Positions 19,703 to 32,617 of a stretch of DNA of 64,000 nt are shown piece after piece. Source of the stretch: Caulobacterales bacterium (GTDB lineage Bacteria > Pseudomonadota > Alphaproteobacteria > Caulobacterales > Caulobacteraceae); contig JBBSCK010000001.1 of NCBI GenBank assembly GCA_038250335.1, forward strand, positions 625-64,624, written 5' to 3'. The translations under genes were made by a program, and so were the position numbers. The notes beneath the pieces are model-generated. The model saw only the letters and a list, made by a program, of their open reading frames with translations, was not told the DNA's origin and did no database searches. The stretch's first letter is position 1. Each line of letters opens with the position of its first letter.

Positions 19703-20602
19703 ATGACTGTCCTGAACCGCCCCGAAGGCCAGACCGCCGACGACTTCCGACCCTCGCGCCGGTCTCTCGGCGGACTGACTGCCGGGGCCGTCTTCACCGG
19801 CTATGCCGTCGCGGCCATGGCCCAGGAGGCCCAGCCGGTCACGACCGACAGCGTCGGACTGGAGACCGGTATGGTCAGCTATCCCTCTGCGGACGGCTTT
19901 GATCTGCCCGCCTATGTGGCGCGGCCCGCCGGCGACGGCCCCTTCCCCGTCGTGATCGTGGTCTCGGAAATCTTCGGCCTGCACGCCTATATCCAGGACG
20001 TCGCCCGCCGGCTGGCCAAGGCGGGGTATGCGGCCGTCGCCCCGGCCTTCTTCGTGCGGGTCGAGGACCCCGCCCCGCTCGCCGACATGCAGCGGATCCA
20101 GACGATCGTCGGCGCGGCCGGCTATGAGCAGGTCATGGGCGACATCTCCGCGACCCTGGAATGGGCGTCCGGCCAGCTCTGGGCCAATACCGACAGGGTC
20201 GGGATCACCGGCTTCTGCTGGGGCGGCAAGGTTGTGTGGCAGGCTGCGGCGCGGTTTGCGGCCATTGACGCGGGCGTCGCCTGGTACGGTCGACTGGCCC
20301 CTTCGCCGAACGCCACCCCGGCGCAGTTGGCGGCCGGCCAGCCCTTTCCGGTCGATCTGGCGGACGACCTGAAGGGCGTGGTCATCGGCAACTACGGCTC
20401 GGCGGATCAAGGCATCCCCAACGACACCGTCGCCGCCATGCAGGCGGCGCTGGTGGCAGCCGGTGCCACAGAGAGCGGCATCAAACTGTATGCCGACGCC
20501 CCGCACGGCTTCCACGCCGATTATCGCGCTTCCTACCGGGCGGCCGAGGCCGCCGACGGCTGGGCGCGCCTGCTGACCCTGTTCGAGGCAAAGCTGAAAT
20601 AA
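19703..20602 (+). CDS. dienelactone hydrolase family protein, Tat-exported
   Basis: Twin-arginine motif SRRSLGGLTAGAV. DLH signatures VVIVVSEIFGLHAYIQDVARRLAKAGYAAVAP, GITGFCWGG and APHGFH. AAGGAG Shine-Dalgarno before the ATG. Confidence 0.85.
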   Translation: MTVLNRPEGQTADDFRPSRRSLGGLTAGAVFTGYAVAAMAQEAQPVTTDSVGLETGMVSYPSADGFDLPAYVARPAGDGPFPVVIVVSEIFGLHAYIQDVARRLAKAGYAAVAPAFFVRVEDPAPLADMQRIQTIVGAAGYEQVMGDISATLEWASGQLWANTDRVGITGFCWGGKVVWQAAARFAAIDAGVAWYGRLAPSPNATPAQLAAGQPFPVDLADDLKGVVIGNYGSADQGIPNDTVAAMQAALVAAGATESGIKLYADAPHGFHADYRASYRAAEAADGWARLLTLFEAKLK

Positions 20603-20625
20603 TCCTCCCCCACCGGGCGGAGGAT
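20602..20625. repeat. CCTCCCC/GGAGG-type palindrome between convergent stops
   Basis: 7-bp stem ATCCTCC (20602-20608) / GGAGGAT (20619-20625) around CCCACCGGGC. No U-run on either side. Same arm composition as the elements at 27536, 29390 and 45699. Confidence 0.4.
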
Positions 20626-20631
20626 CAGGGA

Positions 20632-21261
20632 TCAGGCCTTGCTGTCGAACGTCGCGCCGGCACCGTCGACCGCCGCACCATAGGGGTTCGTCCCCTGTGG
20701 GCCGGAGCCCTTGGCCGCGACCACGACCATGGCGGGGCGCAACGTGCGCCCGAACAGCTCGTAGCCCGCCTGCATCGTCTGCAGCACGCTGCCGCCCGGC
20801 ACCTCGGCGGACGGCTGTTCCATCATCGCCTGATGCAGGTGGGGATCGAAGGATTCTCCGGGACCCGGGGCGACGCGCTTGAGCCCGTTGGTCTCGAACG
20901 CCTGCAGCAGCGACTTCTGGGTCAGCTCCAGACCCGTCACCAGCCCCGCCTCTCCCGCGTCGGCATTCTTGGGTGCCGCCTGCAGCGCCCGCTCCAGATT
21001 GTCGGCCACGCCCAGCAGGTCCTTGGCGAACCTCTGGATGGCAAAGGCGCGCGCATCGTTCATCTGGGTCTCGGTGCGGCGCCTGACGTTGTCGGCCTCC
21101 GCCGCCGCGCGCATGGCACGGTCCTTCCACAGATCGCGATCGACGATCATGGCGTCCAGAGGGGCCAGATTGTCGGGGTCGGCATCGAGCCCGGCCTCGG
21201 CATTGGCGAGGGCCTCGTCCAGCGGGGCTTCGAGGTCGTTCGGGTCTTGGGTGTCGGTCAC
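20632..21261 (-). CDS. grpE: nucleotide exchange factor GrpE
   Basis: [34 protein letters not shown]...FDPHLHQAM...[17 protein letters not shown] start overlaps the hrcA stop (GTGA). Confidence 0.95.
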   Translation of the reverse strand: MTDTQDPNDLEAPLDEALANAEAGLDADPDNLAPLDAMIVDRDLWKDRAMRAAAEADNVRRRTETQMNDARAFAIQRFAKDLLGVADNLERALQAAPKNADAGEAGLVTGLELTQKSLLQAFETNGLKRVAPGPGESFDPHLHQAMMEQPSAEVPGGSVLQTMQAGYELFGRTLRPAMVVVAAKGSGPQGTNPYGAAVDGAGATFDSKA

Positions 21262-22361
21262 GTGTCTTGTCCGTCCAGGATGCGCCCCAGCACCCGGGCG
21301 GTGTAGTCCACCAACGGGATGATGCGGGCATAGTTCAGTCGCGCGGGTCCGATCACGCCGATGGCGCCCAGGACCCGCTGTCGGCCCGTCATATAGGGTG
21401 CCGCGACGACGGCGGAACCCGAAAGCGAAAACAACCGCGTTTCCGCACCGATGAAGATGCGCACCCCCTGCGCCGCATCGACCCCGTCCAGCAGTCCGAT
21501 CAGCTGTTCCTTCTGCTCCAGATCGTCGAACAGAATGCGCACCCGCTCCAGATCCTCGGCCGCGCCGGCGTCCTGCAGCAGATTGGCTCGACCGCGCACG
21601 ATCAGCGATCGGTCCCGATCCGGCCCCCCGGACCAGGCCGCCAGGCCATCCTCGACCAGCCGCGCCGCAGCGGCGTCCAGCTCGCGCCGGGCCGCAGCCA
21701 GTTCGGCACCCATTTCGCTGCGCGCCTCCGAAAGCGGCCTGCCCTTCAGCCGGGCATTGAGGAAGTTGGACGCCTCCTGCAGCGTCGAGGGGGTGACACC
21801 GGCCGCCAGTGGCATAATCCGGTTCTCGACCGAGCCGTCGTCCCCGACCAGCACCGCCAGCGCCTGATCGGTGCCGAGCGCCACGAACTCGACGTGTTTG
21901 ACGCCCGTGTCCCGGATCGGCGTGGCGACGATACCGGCCCCGCCCGCGAGGCCGGACAGCAGGGATGTCGCCTCGTCCAGCGCATCCTCGAAACCCTTGC
22001 CACGCCCGGCCAGCCGCCCGTCGATCTCGCGGCGCTCCTCCGTGCCGATATCACCGATCTCGAGCAGGCCGTCGACGAACAGCCTCAGCCCCGCATGCGT
22101 CGGGATGCGGCCTGCCGAGGTGTGGGGGGCCGCCAGCAGGCCCGCCAGCGTCAGGTCCTGCATCGTGTTGCGGATCGAGGCCGGCGACAGCTGGACCCCG
22201 CCCCGCGACACGGTTCGCGACCCGACCGGTTCGCCTGTCTCCAGATAGGTCTCCACCACCCGGCGAAAGATGTCGCGGGCGCGAGCATCCAGCGCCGCCA
22301 GTCCGGCGGCGGGACCGGTCTGGTTGGCGAAGGGTGACGGGTGGGGGGCATACAGGCTCAC
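21258..22361 (-). CDS. hrcA: heat-inducible transcription repressor HrcA
   Basis: [27 protein letters not shown]...[28 protein letters not shown], with a C-terminal [27 protein letters not shown] start at 22361. Confidence 0.95.
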   Translation of the reverse strand: MSLYAPHPSPFANQTGPAAGLAALDARARDIFRRVVETYLETGEPVGSRTVSRGGVQLSPASIRNTMQDLTLAGLLAAPHTSAGRIPTHAGLRLFVDGLLEIGDIGTEERREIDGRLAGRGKGFEDALDEATSLLSGLAGGAGIVATPIRDTGVKHVEFVALGTDQALAVLVGDDGSVENRIMPLAAGVTPSTLQEASNFLNARLKGRPLSEARSEMGAELAAARRELDAAAARLVEDGLAAWSGGPDRDRSLIVRGRANLLQDAGAAEDLERVRILFDDLEQKEQLIGLLDGVDAAQGVRIFIGAETRLFSLSGSAVVAAPYMTGRQRVLGAIGVIGPARLNYARIIPLVDYTARVLGRILDGQDT

Positions 22362-22436
22362 CCTTTCAGGATAAGCAGCCCGGCCCGATACGCCAACGCA
22401 TTCCCTAACCTTGGCCCACGCCCCCAGGATATTCCC

Positions 22437-23171
22437 ATGCGCCCCTCAGAACGCACCCCCGACCAGCTCCGCGCCGTGACTCTCGAGACCGGCGTCAACC
22501 GCTATGCCGAGGGGTCCTGCCTGGTCTCGTTCGGCCACACCAAGGTGCTGGTCACGGCTTCGGTCGAAGAGAGCGTCCCGGGCTGGATGCGCGGCAAGGG
22601 CGCAGGCTGGGTCACCGCCGAATATGGCATGCTGCCGCGCGCTACTCATACGCGGGGCCGTCGCGAGGCGGCTGCGGGAAAACAGACCGGCCGGACCCAG
22701 GAAATCCAGCGGCTGATCGGCCGGTCGCTGCGGGCCGTGGTCGACATGAAGGCGCTGGGCGAGCGTCAGGTGCTGATCGACTGCGATGTCATCCAGGCCG
22801 ACGGCGGCACCCGCACCGCCTCGATCACCGGGGCCTGGGTCGCGATGGCCTCGGCGCTGGGCTATCTGCGGGCTGAAGGGGTGCTGAAGACCGATCCAGT
22901 CCTCGACCAGGTGGCGGCCGTCTCGTGCGGGATTTTCGCCGACACGCCGGTGCTGGACCTCGACTATGAGGAAGACTCCAACGCCGAGGCCGACGGGAAC
23001 TTCGTCCTGACCGGTGCGGGGACCATCGTCGAGATCCAGGCGACCGGTGAAAAGCGCGGCTTCTCGCGGCCCGAGTTCGACCGGCTGTTCGAACTGGCCG
23101 ACGCGGGCTGCGCCGACCTGTTCAGACTGCAGAAGGCGGCCGTGGACGCCGCGCTCGCCCGCCAGGCGTAG
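22437..23171 (+). CDS. rph: ribonuclease PH
   Basis: ORF trimmed to [12 protein letters not shown] (ATG checked at 22437). Contains [53 protein letters not shown]. Confidence 0.95.
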   Translation: MRPSERTPDQLRAVTLETGVNRYAEGSCLVSFGHTKVLVTASVEESVPGWMRGKGAGWVTAEYGMLPRATHTRGRREAAAGKQTGRTQEIQRLIGRSLRAVVDMKALGERQVLIDCDVIQADGGTRTASITGAWVAMASALGYLRAEGVLKTDPVLDQVAAVSCGIFADTPVLDLDYEEDSNAEADGNFVLTGAGTIVEIQATGEKRGFSRPEFDRLFELADAGCADLFRLQKAAVDAALARQA

Positions 23172-23233
23172 CGGGCTATCCCCGGGGGCCGAAGCGGCGC
23201 ATCGTCCGACATCGATCGCCCGGACACCCCGCC

Positions 23234-23626
23234 ATGGCCCGCCTTTCGTTCCTGCTCGCCCTGACCGCCGCCTCTGTCCTTGCGCTCTCCGCGTGCGGAC
23301 AGAACGAACCCGCGTCGGGTCCCGCAGAAACGCCCGCAGGGGCATCCAGCGACACCGGACCAGCACCCGAGATGCCGCTGGACGCCCCGCCGCAGGAAGA
23401 GGCACCGGTCTCCGAAGCTGAACGAACCGGCGTTGCAGAGGGCACCTGCCGCGATACGATCGGCGAGGCGGCGTCTGCCCGGCTGGTCGAGCGCTGCATC
23501 GCGCTCAGTGCCGCGACCCGCCCGCCCTGCAATGCCATCAACCCCTGCGCCCTGATCCAGGACGAGATCGACCGGTCTTGCCGCCAGTTTCCGGCCAACC
23601 AGACACCGGCGGAGTGTGCAGCATAG
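23234..23626 (+). CDS. hypothetical Cys-rich lipoprotein
   Basis: Signal peptide with lipobox LSAC, a Pro/Ala/Glu-rich linker, and a C-terminal 60 aa with 6 Cys. No family recognised. Confidence 0.6.
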   Translation: MARLSFLLALTAASVLALSACGQNEPASGPAETPAGASSDTGPAPEMPLDAPPQEEAPVSEAERTGVAEGTCRDTIGEAASARLVERCIALSAATRPPCNAINPCALIQDEIDRSCRQFPANQTPAECAA

Positions 23627-23668
23627 GCACGGTGCCCGTACTCTGCGGGTTGCGGGGGACGGGCCACG

Positions 23669-23696
23669 AAAAAGACCCCGCTGTTTCCAGCAGGGC
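23669..23696 (-). terminator. intrinsic terminator downstream of pnp
   Basis: On the minus strand: CCCUGCUG-GAAA-CAGCGGGG, an 8-bp stem with one G.U, followed by UCUUUUUCG. It lies 30 nt after the pnp stop (23726). The pairing is better on the minus strand than on the plus strand. Confidence 0.65.
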
Positions 23697-23725
23697 CTCA
23701 TTCATTTCAACGCTGACGCCGAGGG

Positions 23726-25972
23726 TCAGTCCCGACGGCTGCGGCCGCGACCGCGATCGCCGCCACGGTCTCCGCCACCTTCACGCTTCTTGCCGCCACC
23801 ACCGGTGTCTTCGGTCAGGGGGGGCTCGCCGCGTTCGGCGCGTTCGGCGTTTATCTTGTCGGTCAGATCCTCGCCCGTAGCCTGATCGACGACCTTCATC
23901 GACAGCTTGGTCTTGCCGCGATCGTCAAAGCCCAGGAATTTGACCTTGACCTCCTGGCCCTCGCTCAGGACGTCGGCCGGGTTGGAGACGCGCTCCAGAC
24001 CGATCTGCGACACGTGAACCAGACCGTCCTTGGCTCCGAAGAAGTTCACGAAGGCACCGAAATCGACGACCTTCACGACCTTGCCGGAATAGATCATGCC
24101 GGGCTCGGGCTCGGACACGATCGACGAGATCCAGTTCTTGGCGGCGTCGATCTTCTCCTGATCGGAAGCAGCGATCTTGACCGTGCCGTCGTCCTCAATG
24201 TTGATCTTGGCACCCGTCTTCTCGACGATCTCACGGATGATCTTGCCGCCCGTGCCGATGATGTCGCGGATCTTGTCGACCGGAACCTTGATGGACTCGA
24301 TCTTGGGCGCGTATTCGCCCAGTTCGGTGCGGGCACCGTCGATGGCCTTGTCCATCTCGTCGAGGATGTGAAGACGGCCGGCCGAAGCCTGGGCGATCGC
24401 CTTCTTCATGATCTCCTCGGTGATGCCGGCAACCTTGATGTCCATCTGCAGCGAGGTGATGCCGTCACGGGTGCCGGCGACCTTGAAGTCCATGTCGCCG
24501 AGGTGATCTTCATCACCCAGGATATCGGACAGGATGGCGAACTCGCCCGACGGCTCCAGGATGAGGCCCATGGCGATGCCCGAGACGGGCTTCTTCAGGG
24601 GCACGCCCGCATCCATCAGCGCCAGCGAGGCACCACAGACCGAGGCCATGGAAGACGAGCCGTTGGACTCGGTGATCTCCGATACGATGCGGATCGTATA
24701 GGGGAACTCTTCGGCGGTCGGCAGCATCGGACGGATCGCCCGCCAGGCCAGCTTGCCGTGGCCGATTTCCCGCCGGCCCGCGCCGCCCATCCGACCGGTC
24801 TCGCCGACCGAATAGGGAGGGAAGTTGTAGTGCAGGAGGAATTTCTCCTTGTAGGTCCCGGCCAGCGAGTCGACGTATTGCTCGTCCTCGCCGGTGCCGA
24901 GCGTCGCCACCACGATGGCCTGGGTCTCGCCACGGGTGAACAGGGCTGAACCGTGGGTGCGCGGGAAGATGCCGACTTCCGAGACGATGTCGCGGACCTT
25001 GTCGAGCGCACGGCCGTCAACGCGGTGGGCGTTGTCTATGATGTCGCGACGCAGCACATGGGCTTCGCATTCCTTAAAGGCGACGCCGAACTTGGCGGCA
25101 TCGACGCCGTCCGGGTTCTCGTCGGTCTTCACCAGGGCGGCCGAGGCCTTCTTCTTGGCCGCGCCGACGGCTTCATGACGCGCATGCTTGCCGGGGTGGG
25201 TGTAGGCGGCCTTGATGTCCTCGCCGACCAGCGACTGGATCTTTGTGACGACGCCCGAGTGGTCCTCGGCCTGGAAGTCGAACGGATCCTTGGCGGCGTG
25301 CTCGGCCATCTCGATGATGGCCTCGATCACCGGCTGCATGCCGCGATGGGCGAACATCAGGGCGTCGAGCATGACCTGCTCGGACAGTTCCTTGGCTTCG
25401 GATTCCACCATCATCAGGGCGTCGGTGGTGCCGGCGACGACCAGATCCAGCTGGCTGTCTGGCATTTGGTCCAGGGTCGGGTTCAGGACGAACTCGCCAT
25501 CGATATAGCCGACGCGTGCGGCACCGATCGGGCCCATGAAGGGCACGCCCGACAGGGTCAGGGCGGCGGAGGTGGCGACCATGCCGACGATGTCGGGGTC
25601 ATTCTCCAGATCGTGCTGCAGCACGGTGATGACGACCTGGGTCTCGTTCTTGAAGCCCTTGACGAACAGCGGGCGGATCGGACGGTCGATCAGGCGGGAG
25701 ACGAGCGTCTCCTTCTCGGTCGGACGGCCTTCACGCTTGAAATAGCCACCCGGGATCTTGCCGGCGGCGAAGGTCTTTTCCTGGTAGTTGACGGTCAGCG
25801 GGAAGAAATCCAGACCCGGCTTGGGCGCGCGACCATAGACGACCGTGGCCAGGACAATGGTCTCGCCGTAGGTGGCCAGAACGGCACCGTCGGCCTGACG
25901 GGCGATACGGCCCGTTTCCAGCGTCAGCGGGCGGCCGGCCCAGTCGATCGTCTTGCGTTTGATATCGAACAT
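23726..25972 (-). CDS. pnp: polyribonucleotide nucleotidyltransferase (PNPase) with Arg/Gly-rich C-terminal tail
   Basis: Full PNPase architecture: two RNase PH-like domains, KH ([15 protein letters not shown]) and S1 ([17 protein letters not shown]). An extra C-terminal tail reads ...[26 protein letters not shown]. Confidence 0.97.
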   Translation of the reverse strand: MFDIKRKTIDWAGRPLTLETGRIARQADGAVLATYGETIVLATVVYGRAPKPGLDFFPLTVNYQEKTFAAGKIPGGYFKREGRPTEKETLVSRLIDRPIRPLFVKGFKNETQVVITVLQHDLENDPDIVGMVATSAALTLSGVPFMGPIGAARVGYIDGEFVLNPTLDQMPDSQLDLVVAGTTDALMMVESEAKELSEQVMLDALMFAHRGMQPVIEAIIEMAEHAAKDPFDFQAEDHSGVVTKIQSLVGEDIKAAYTHPGKHARHEAVGAAKKKASAALVKTDENPDGVDAAKFGVAFKECEAHVLRRDIIDNAHRVDGRALDKVRDIVSEVGIFPRTHGSALFTRGETQAIVVATLGTGEDEQYVDSLAGTYKEKFLLHYNFPPYSVGETGRMGGAGRREIGHGKLAWRAIRPMLPTAEEFPYTIRIVSEITESNGSSSMASVCGASLALMDAGVPLKKPVSGIAMGLILEPSGEFAILSDILGDEDHLGDMDFKVAGTRDGITSLQMDIKVAGITEEIMKKAIAQASAGRLHILDEMDKAIDGARTELGEYAPKIESIKVPVDKIRDIIGTGGKIIREIVEKTGAKINIEDDGTVKIAASDQEKIDAAKNWISSIVSEPEPGMIYSGKVVKVVDFGAFVNFFGAKDGLVHVSQIGLERVSNPADVLSEGQEVKVKFLGFDDRGKTKLSMKVVDQATGEDLTDKINAERAERGEPPLTEDTGGGGKKREGGGDRGGDRGRGRSRRD

Positions 25973-26160
25973 GTTTGGTCTTTCGTATCCCGGGCGGCGT
26001 ATTCCGCGCGGGGTCCCATAATCGGGCTGGATGCGTCGGGCGTTCAGTCCTTCGATCCATGGAGCGCCGCGCCATCGCGGTCGATCCGGGAGTGTTGAGG
26101 ACTGTTATCGAGCCCTCGCGTCTGCGCCGTTGCGTCCGGCGGCACGCCGGTCTTTAGGAT

Positions 26161-26192
26161 GCGGAAAGAGGCGCGGACGTGGCCCGCGCCTC
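26161..26192 (-). terminator. weak terminator/attenuator hairpin between rpsO and pnp
   Basis: 9-bp stem GAGGCGCGG (26168-26176) / CCGCGCCUC (26184-26192). On the minus strand only UUU follows, consistent with a partial terminator that allows rpsO-pnp read-through. Confidence 0.45.
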
Positions 26193-26215
26193 GAAACCGT
26201 TTCCGCGTCTTGCGC

Positions 26216-26485
26216 CTAGCGGCGCAGGTTCAGCTTGGCGATCAGGGCGGTGTACCGCTCCCTGTCGACCTTGGTCAGGTGGTCCAGAAGGCGACGACGC
26301 TGCGAGACCATCTTGAGCAGGCCGCGACGCGAGTGGTTGTCCTTCTTGTGGGTCTTGAAGTGCTCGGTGAGGTTGGCGATGCGTTCCGAAAGGATCGCGA
26401 CCTGGACCTCGGCCGAACCGGTGTCGCCTGCGGAGCGGGCGTTCTCGGTGATGACTTCGTTCTTACGCTCTGGCGTAATCGACAT
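26216..26485 (-). CDS. rpsO: 30S ribosomal protein S15
   Basis: [12 protein letters not shown]...[51 protein letters not shown] is a canonical S15 sequence. Confidence 0.97.
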   Translation of the reverse strand: MSITPERKNEVITENARSAGDTGSAEVQVAILSERIANLTEHFKTHKKDNHSRRGLLKMVSQRRRLLDHLTKVDRERYTALIAKLNLRR

Positions 26486-26496
26486 CGGTGTACTCC

Positions 26497-27429
26497 TTAT
26501 TGGAGGTTGAATACGCGGTCGGGTTCTAGCCGGCCGGCCCGCAACTGACCGAGAGCGACGAGGGTCTGTCCCTGAAAGGCGGAAACGGTGCGAGAGCCGT
26601 CGCGAAGGCGGCTCTTCAGGGTTTCAACCTGTCGGGGGAGCAGAACGATCGGCCGTCCCTGCCGAAGCGAGAAGGCGTCCTGTTCCGTAATGGCCAGCTC
26701 CGGGATGTCGTCCAGGGCGGTCGAAACGGGCAGCAGGCCTTCCAAGGCGGCGTTCCTATGCACCAGATCGGTCAGGAAATCCAGTGTGACGGCGTTCTCG
26801 ACCGAAAACGGCCCTACCCGCTCGCGTCGCAGGGCCGAGACGTGCCCCTCGGCACCCAGAACGGTCGCCAGATCGCGGGCCAGCGACCGAACATAGACGC
26901 CCTTGCCGGTGCGGATGGTCAGTTCGACATGATCCGCATCGGGCGCATCGGTCACCTCGGCAGCGTGGATCTTCACCCGGCGCGACGCCAGTTCGAACTC
27001 CGCGCCTTCCCGCGCCAGATCATAGGCGCGCTGACCATCGACCTTGATGGCCGAATAGCGCGGCGGGGTCTGGTCGATCTCCCCGACGAAGGTCGGCAGG
27101 GCTGCACGGACCGCCTCGACCGCCGGCCGGACATCGGAACGGGCGACGATCTCGCCCTCGCGGTCGAGACTGTCGGTCGAGACGCCCCAGTTGATGGTGA
27201 ACCGGTAGACCTTCTGCGCCTCCATCATGAAGGGCACCGTCTTGGTCGCCTCGCCCAGCGCAATCGGCAGGATGCCGGACGCCAGCGGGTCCAGGGTTCC
27301 GGCATGACCGGCCTTCTGCGCGTCGAACAGCCGGCGCACCTTTGCGACCGCATCGGTCGAGCCCAGCTCGAAGGGCTTGTCGAGGCAGACCCAGCCATTG
27401 ACGATGAGCCCCTTTCTACGGCGACCCAC
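26497..27429 (-). CDS. truB: tRNA pseudouridine(55) synthase TruB
   Basis: [13 protein letters not shown]...[25 protein letters not shown] contains the catalytic Asp motif. GTG start at 27429. Confidence 0.95.
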   Translation of the reverse strand: MGRRRKGLIVNGWVCLDKPFELGSTDAVAKVRRLFDAQKAGHAGTLDPLASGILPIALGEATKTVPFMMEAQKVYRFTINWGVSTDSLDREGEIVARSDVRPAVEAVRAALPTFVGEIDQTPPRYSAIKVDGQRAYDLAREGAEFELASRRVKIHAAEVTDAPDADHVELTIRTGKGVYVRSLARDLATVLGAEGHVSALRRERVGPFSVENAVTLDFLTDLVHRNAALEGLLPVSTALDDIPELAITEQDAFSLRQGRPIVLLPRQVETLKSRLRDGSRTVSAFQGQTLVALGQLRAGRLEPDRVFNLQ

Positions 27430-27434
27430 CGTTC

Positions 27435-27989
27435 TTATTCTCGCCGCCTTGGGGGGAGTGGCGGCGAAGCCGACGAGGGGGGCTCGTCCGCAGAATCGCG
27501 TCGGAGGCTGGCTCCCTCCACCGCTTCGCGGGCACCCTCCCCCGACGGGGGAGGAACAGGCACGAAGGAGTCGGCCCGCACCCGGGGGTCATCCAGCAGC
27601 CGGTTCAGGCGCTCGGCGGCGGCGAAGCTCTCGTCGTGGCGGAAGCGCAGGTCGGGGGTAAAACGCATCTCGATGTGGCGCCCCAGGGCCCCGCGCAGGA
27701 ATTTAGCGTGGGCGTTCAGCGCCTTGACGATCTCGTCGATATGTCCGGCGGTGTCGGACGTCTCGATCCCGGCCCCCAGCGGCTCGACAAAACAGGTGGC
27801 GTGTTTCAGGTCCGGAGAAAGCCGCACCTCCGTTACCGTCACCGACACGCCGATCAGGGCCTCGTCGCGGATCTCGTTTTCGCGCATCACCTCGACCAAG
27901 GCGTGGCGGATCATTTCCGAGGCGCGCAGCTGGCGCTGGCTGACGGTTCCGGCCTTGGCGGCGGGTTTGCGGGGCTTCCGGTTGCTCAT
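27435..27989 (-). CDS. rbfA: ribosome-binding factor A with a roughly 50-aa low-complexity C-terminal extension
   Basis: ORF trimmed to MSNRKPRK (ATG checked at 27989). RbfA core: [19 protein letters not shown]...[21 protein letters not shown]. The tail [42 protein letters not shown] is encoded by hairpin-rich DNA. Confidence 0.88.
   Translation of the reverse strand: MSNRKPRKPAAKAGTVSQRQLRASEMIRHALVEVMRENEIRDEALIGVSVTVTEVRLSPDLKHATCFVEPLGAGIETSDTAGHIDEIVKALNAHAKFLRGALGRHIEMRFTPDLRFRHDESFAAAERLNRLLDDPRVRADSFVPVPPPSGEGAREAVEGASLRRDSADEPPSSASPPLPPRRRE
27536..27554. repeat. CCTCCCCC-GAC-GGGGGAGG palindrome inside the rbfA 3' coding tail
   Basis: Perfect 8-bp arms 27536-27543 / 27547-27554 with a 3-nt loop. 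Two further hairpins lie at 27442-27466 and 27472-27488. Confidence 0.6.
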
Positions 27990-28092
27990 GGCGTACGGTC
28001 CTGTTCGCCGCCGGGGGTCGGACCCGGCCGGGAAGCGCCGCAGTGTCGGACAAAAGCCCTCCGACCGCGGCCAAAATGAGAGAGCGGGCGGT

Positions 28093-28782
28093 CTAGTCCG
28101 GTCGGGTGCCGGTGTCCAATTGCGCGCGGTCGATTGTGGCGACGATCTCACCGGCCGTAACCGCCCGCATTGGACGTACCGGTAGGCCTGCCGCGTTCAG
28201 GACACGCGCCGTCCAGCTGTTGCAGAGATAGCCGATCCAGAAATGCTCACGGCTGGCGAAGAAATGCGCAGCCGCCCCCGCGCGCGCCATCGACAGCCTC
28301 GGCCGACCGGCTTCCAGCGACAGCGACTGCTGGACCCGCCGGCGCAGGCCGGCAAAGCCCCCGGGCGACAGGGTCACGGTTCTCAGGCGCTCCGGCGGGA
28401 CGCGCCGGGACGGATCGCCGGTCTCGGGGTCCAGCATGACCACCGAGGCATTGCCCGGCCTGAAGAAGGCGCGCAGGCCGTCGCCCACCCTCCCCTCCAT
28501 CGGTCGGGTATCGACAAAGAAGCTGGCATCGCCCCAGCCGATCAGCACCCAGTCCCCCGGCCCGAGCGAGCGCGACGCCTCGGCAAGCGGTCCGCCTCCG
28601 GCTTCCAGAGCCGCGCGCGGGACCGCGAGATCAGTGTGGAAACCGTTGTTCAGGATATGAACCGTCACCCCGCCCGGCGCGCGCGCCGGAAACAGCACCG
28701 GATCACCGGGCTGCGTCCAGGTCCACAGGGCCGCGACCAGGCCCAGCAGCGCCGCCGCCGCGATCCCGACAGCGCGACGCAT
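28093..28782 (-). CDS. DUF2459 / TIGR02117-family protein
   Basis: N-terminal anchor, then ILNNGFHTDLAVP, GWGDASFF and the C-terminal YLCNSWTARVLNAAGLPV, typical of this family as I recall it. The ATG overlaps the stop of the upstream ORF. Confidence 0.72.
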   Translation of the reverse strand: MRRAVGIAAAALLGLVAALWTWTQPGDPVLFPARAPGGVTVHILNNGFHTDLAVPRAALEAGGGPLAEASRSLGPGDWVLIGWGDASFFVDTRPMEGRVGDGLRAFFRPGNASVVMLDPETGDPSRRVPPERLRTVTLSPGGFAGLRRRVQQSLSLEAGRPRLSMARAGAAAHFFASREHFWIGYLCNSWTARVLNAAGLPVRPMRAVTAGEIVATIDRAQLDTGTRPD

Positions 28783-29279
28783 CAGGGGCTTTCGGGGACC
28801 GCTTTACGGGGCGGCAGGCTCCACTCGCCCCGCCAGACATAGGACAGGGTGGTACAATGGCGGAACTGGCCGTCCGGCCAGCGACCTGCGGCCTGCATGA
28901 CCAGGGGCCGCCCGGCCCGGATCCGGCCGAGCACCAGAAAGGTCTCGTCGGCACCGGGACACAGGGCGCGGGACAACCCGCGACCGTCGCCTTCAAGCGC
29001 GATTGAATAGACGGCCGTCTCGGAGGCACCCGGCGGAATCACGCTCCGCGCCTGGTCGGGCCCGCCGCGCGAGATCGTCGCTGACCCCCGCGCACTGGTC
29101 GAGATAATCCTCCGCACGCTGACAGCCCCGAACAGGCCGCGCTCGACCTCCAGCGTCACGGCGCGGGTCAGGGCGGTGGTGATCCGGTCAGCGGCGTCGA
29201 AGGCGAAATAGCGGGTGTCGGCCGCCGCCGGGGTGGCGAGGACGATCAGGCAGGCGGCGGGGATCAGGCGGCGAAGCAT
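28782..29279 (-). CDS. hypothetical secreted protein
   Basis: ORF trimmed to MLRRLIPAACLIVLATPAAADTRYF (signal peptide; ATG checked at 29279). GC3-rich codons. Its stop overlaps the start of the DUF2459 gene. No family recognised. Confidence 0.55.
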   Translation of the reverse strand: MLRRLIPAACLIVLATPAAADTRYFAFDAADRITTALTRAVTLEVERGLFGAVSVRRIISTSARGSATISRGGPDQARSVIPPGASETAVYSIALEGDGRGLSRALCPGADETFLVLGRIRAGRPLVMQAAGRWPDGQFRHCTTLSYVWRGEWSLPPRKAVPESP

Positions 29280-29389
29280 GGCACCACTGAGACCGCGACT
29301 TGCGGCGGAAGGGAGGCGCTTGCGGGTGGGGTCATGTGAACGGTGCGAACTCACGACACTTCCCCACCCTGCCTTCGCTGCGCTCCGGC

Positions 29390-29414
29390 CTCCCTCCCCA
29401 TGATGGGGAGGGAG
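29390..29414. repeat. perfect 11-bp palindrome CTCCCTCCCCA-TGA-TGGGGAGGGAG
   Basis: Arms 29390-29400 / 29404-29414. It lies 60 nt downstream of the infB stop and upstream of the inserted two-gene unit. No U-run. A second small hairpin GCGCG-TCGGA-CGCGC is at 29418-29432. Confidence 0.6.
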
Positions 29415-29473
29415 AAAGCGCGTCGGACGCGCTCAAGCAGCGAGCCGTCGCGCGGCGAGCGATCGCCCACTCT

Positions 29474-32503
<3,030 letters not shown>

Positions 32504-32617
32504 CCGGTCGCTTTACTCGAGGGCGGAAAAGTCCGCCGCGTCTTAGTCAAAAATCGTCTCGTCCAACGCAAAAAGCCGTGCGGGGTGGGCCTCTCGAGAG
32601 AAGCGACTACCCGCCCG

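Noticed and set aside
22362-22436. CIRCE operator (TTAGCACTC-N9-GAGTGCTAA) upstream of hrcA-grpE
   Set aside because: I found no match in the hrcA upstream spacer. In this lineage CIRCE is expected at groESL rather than here.
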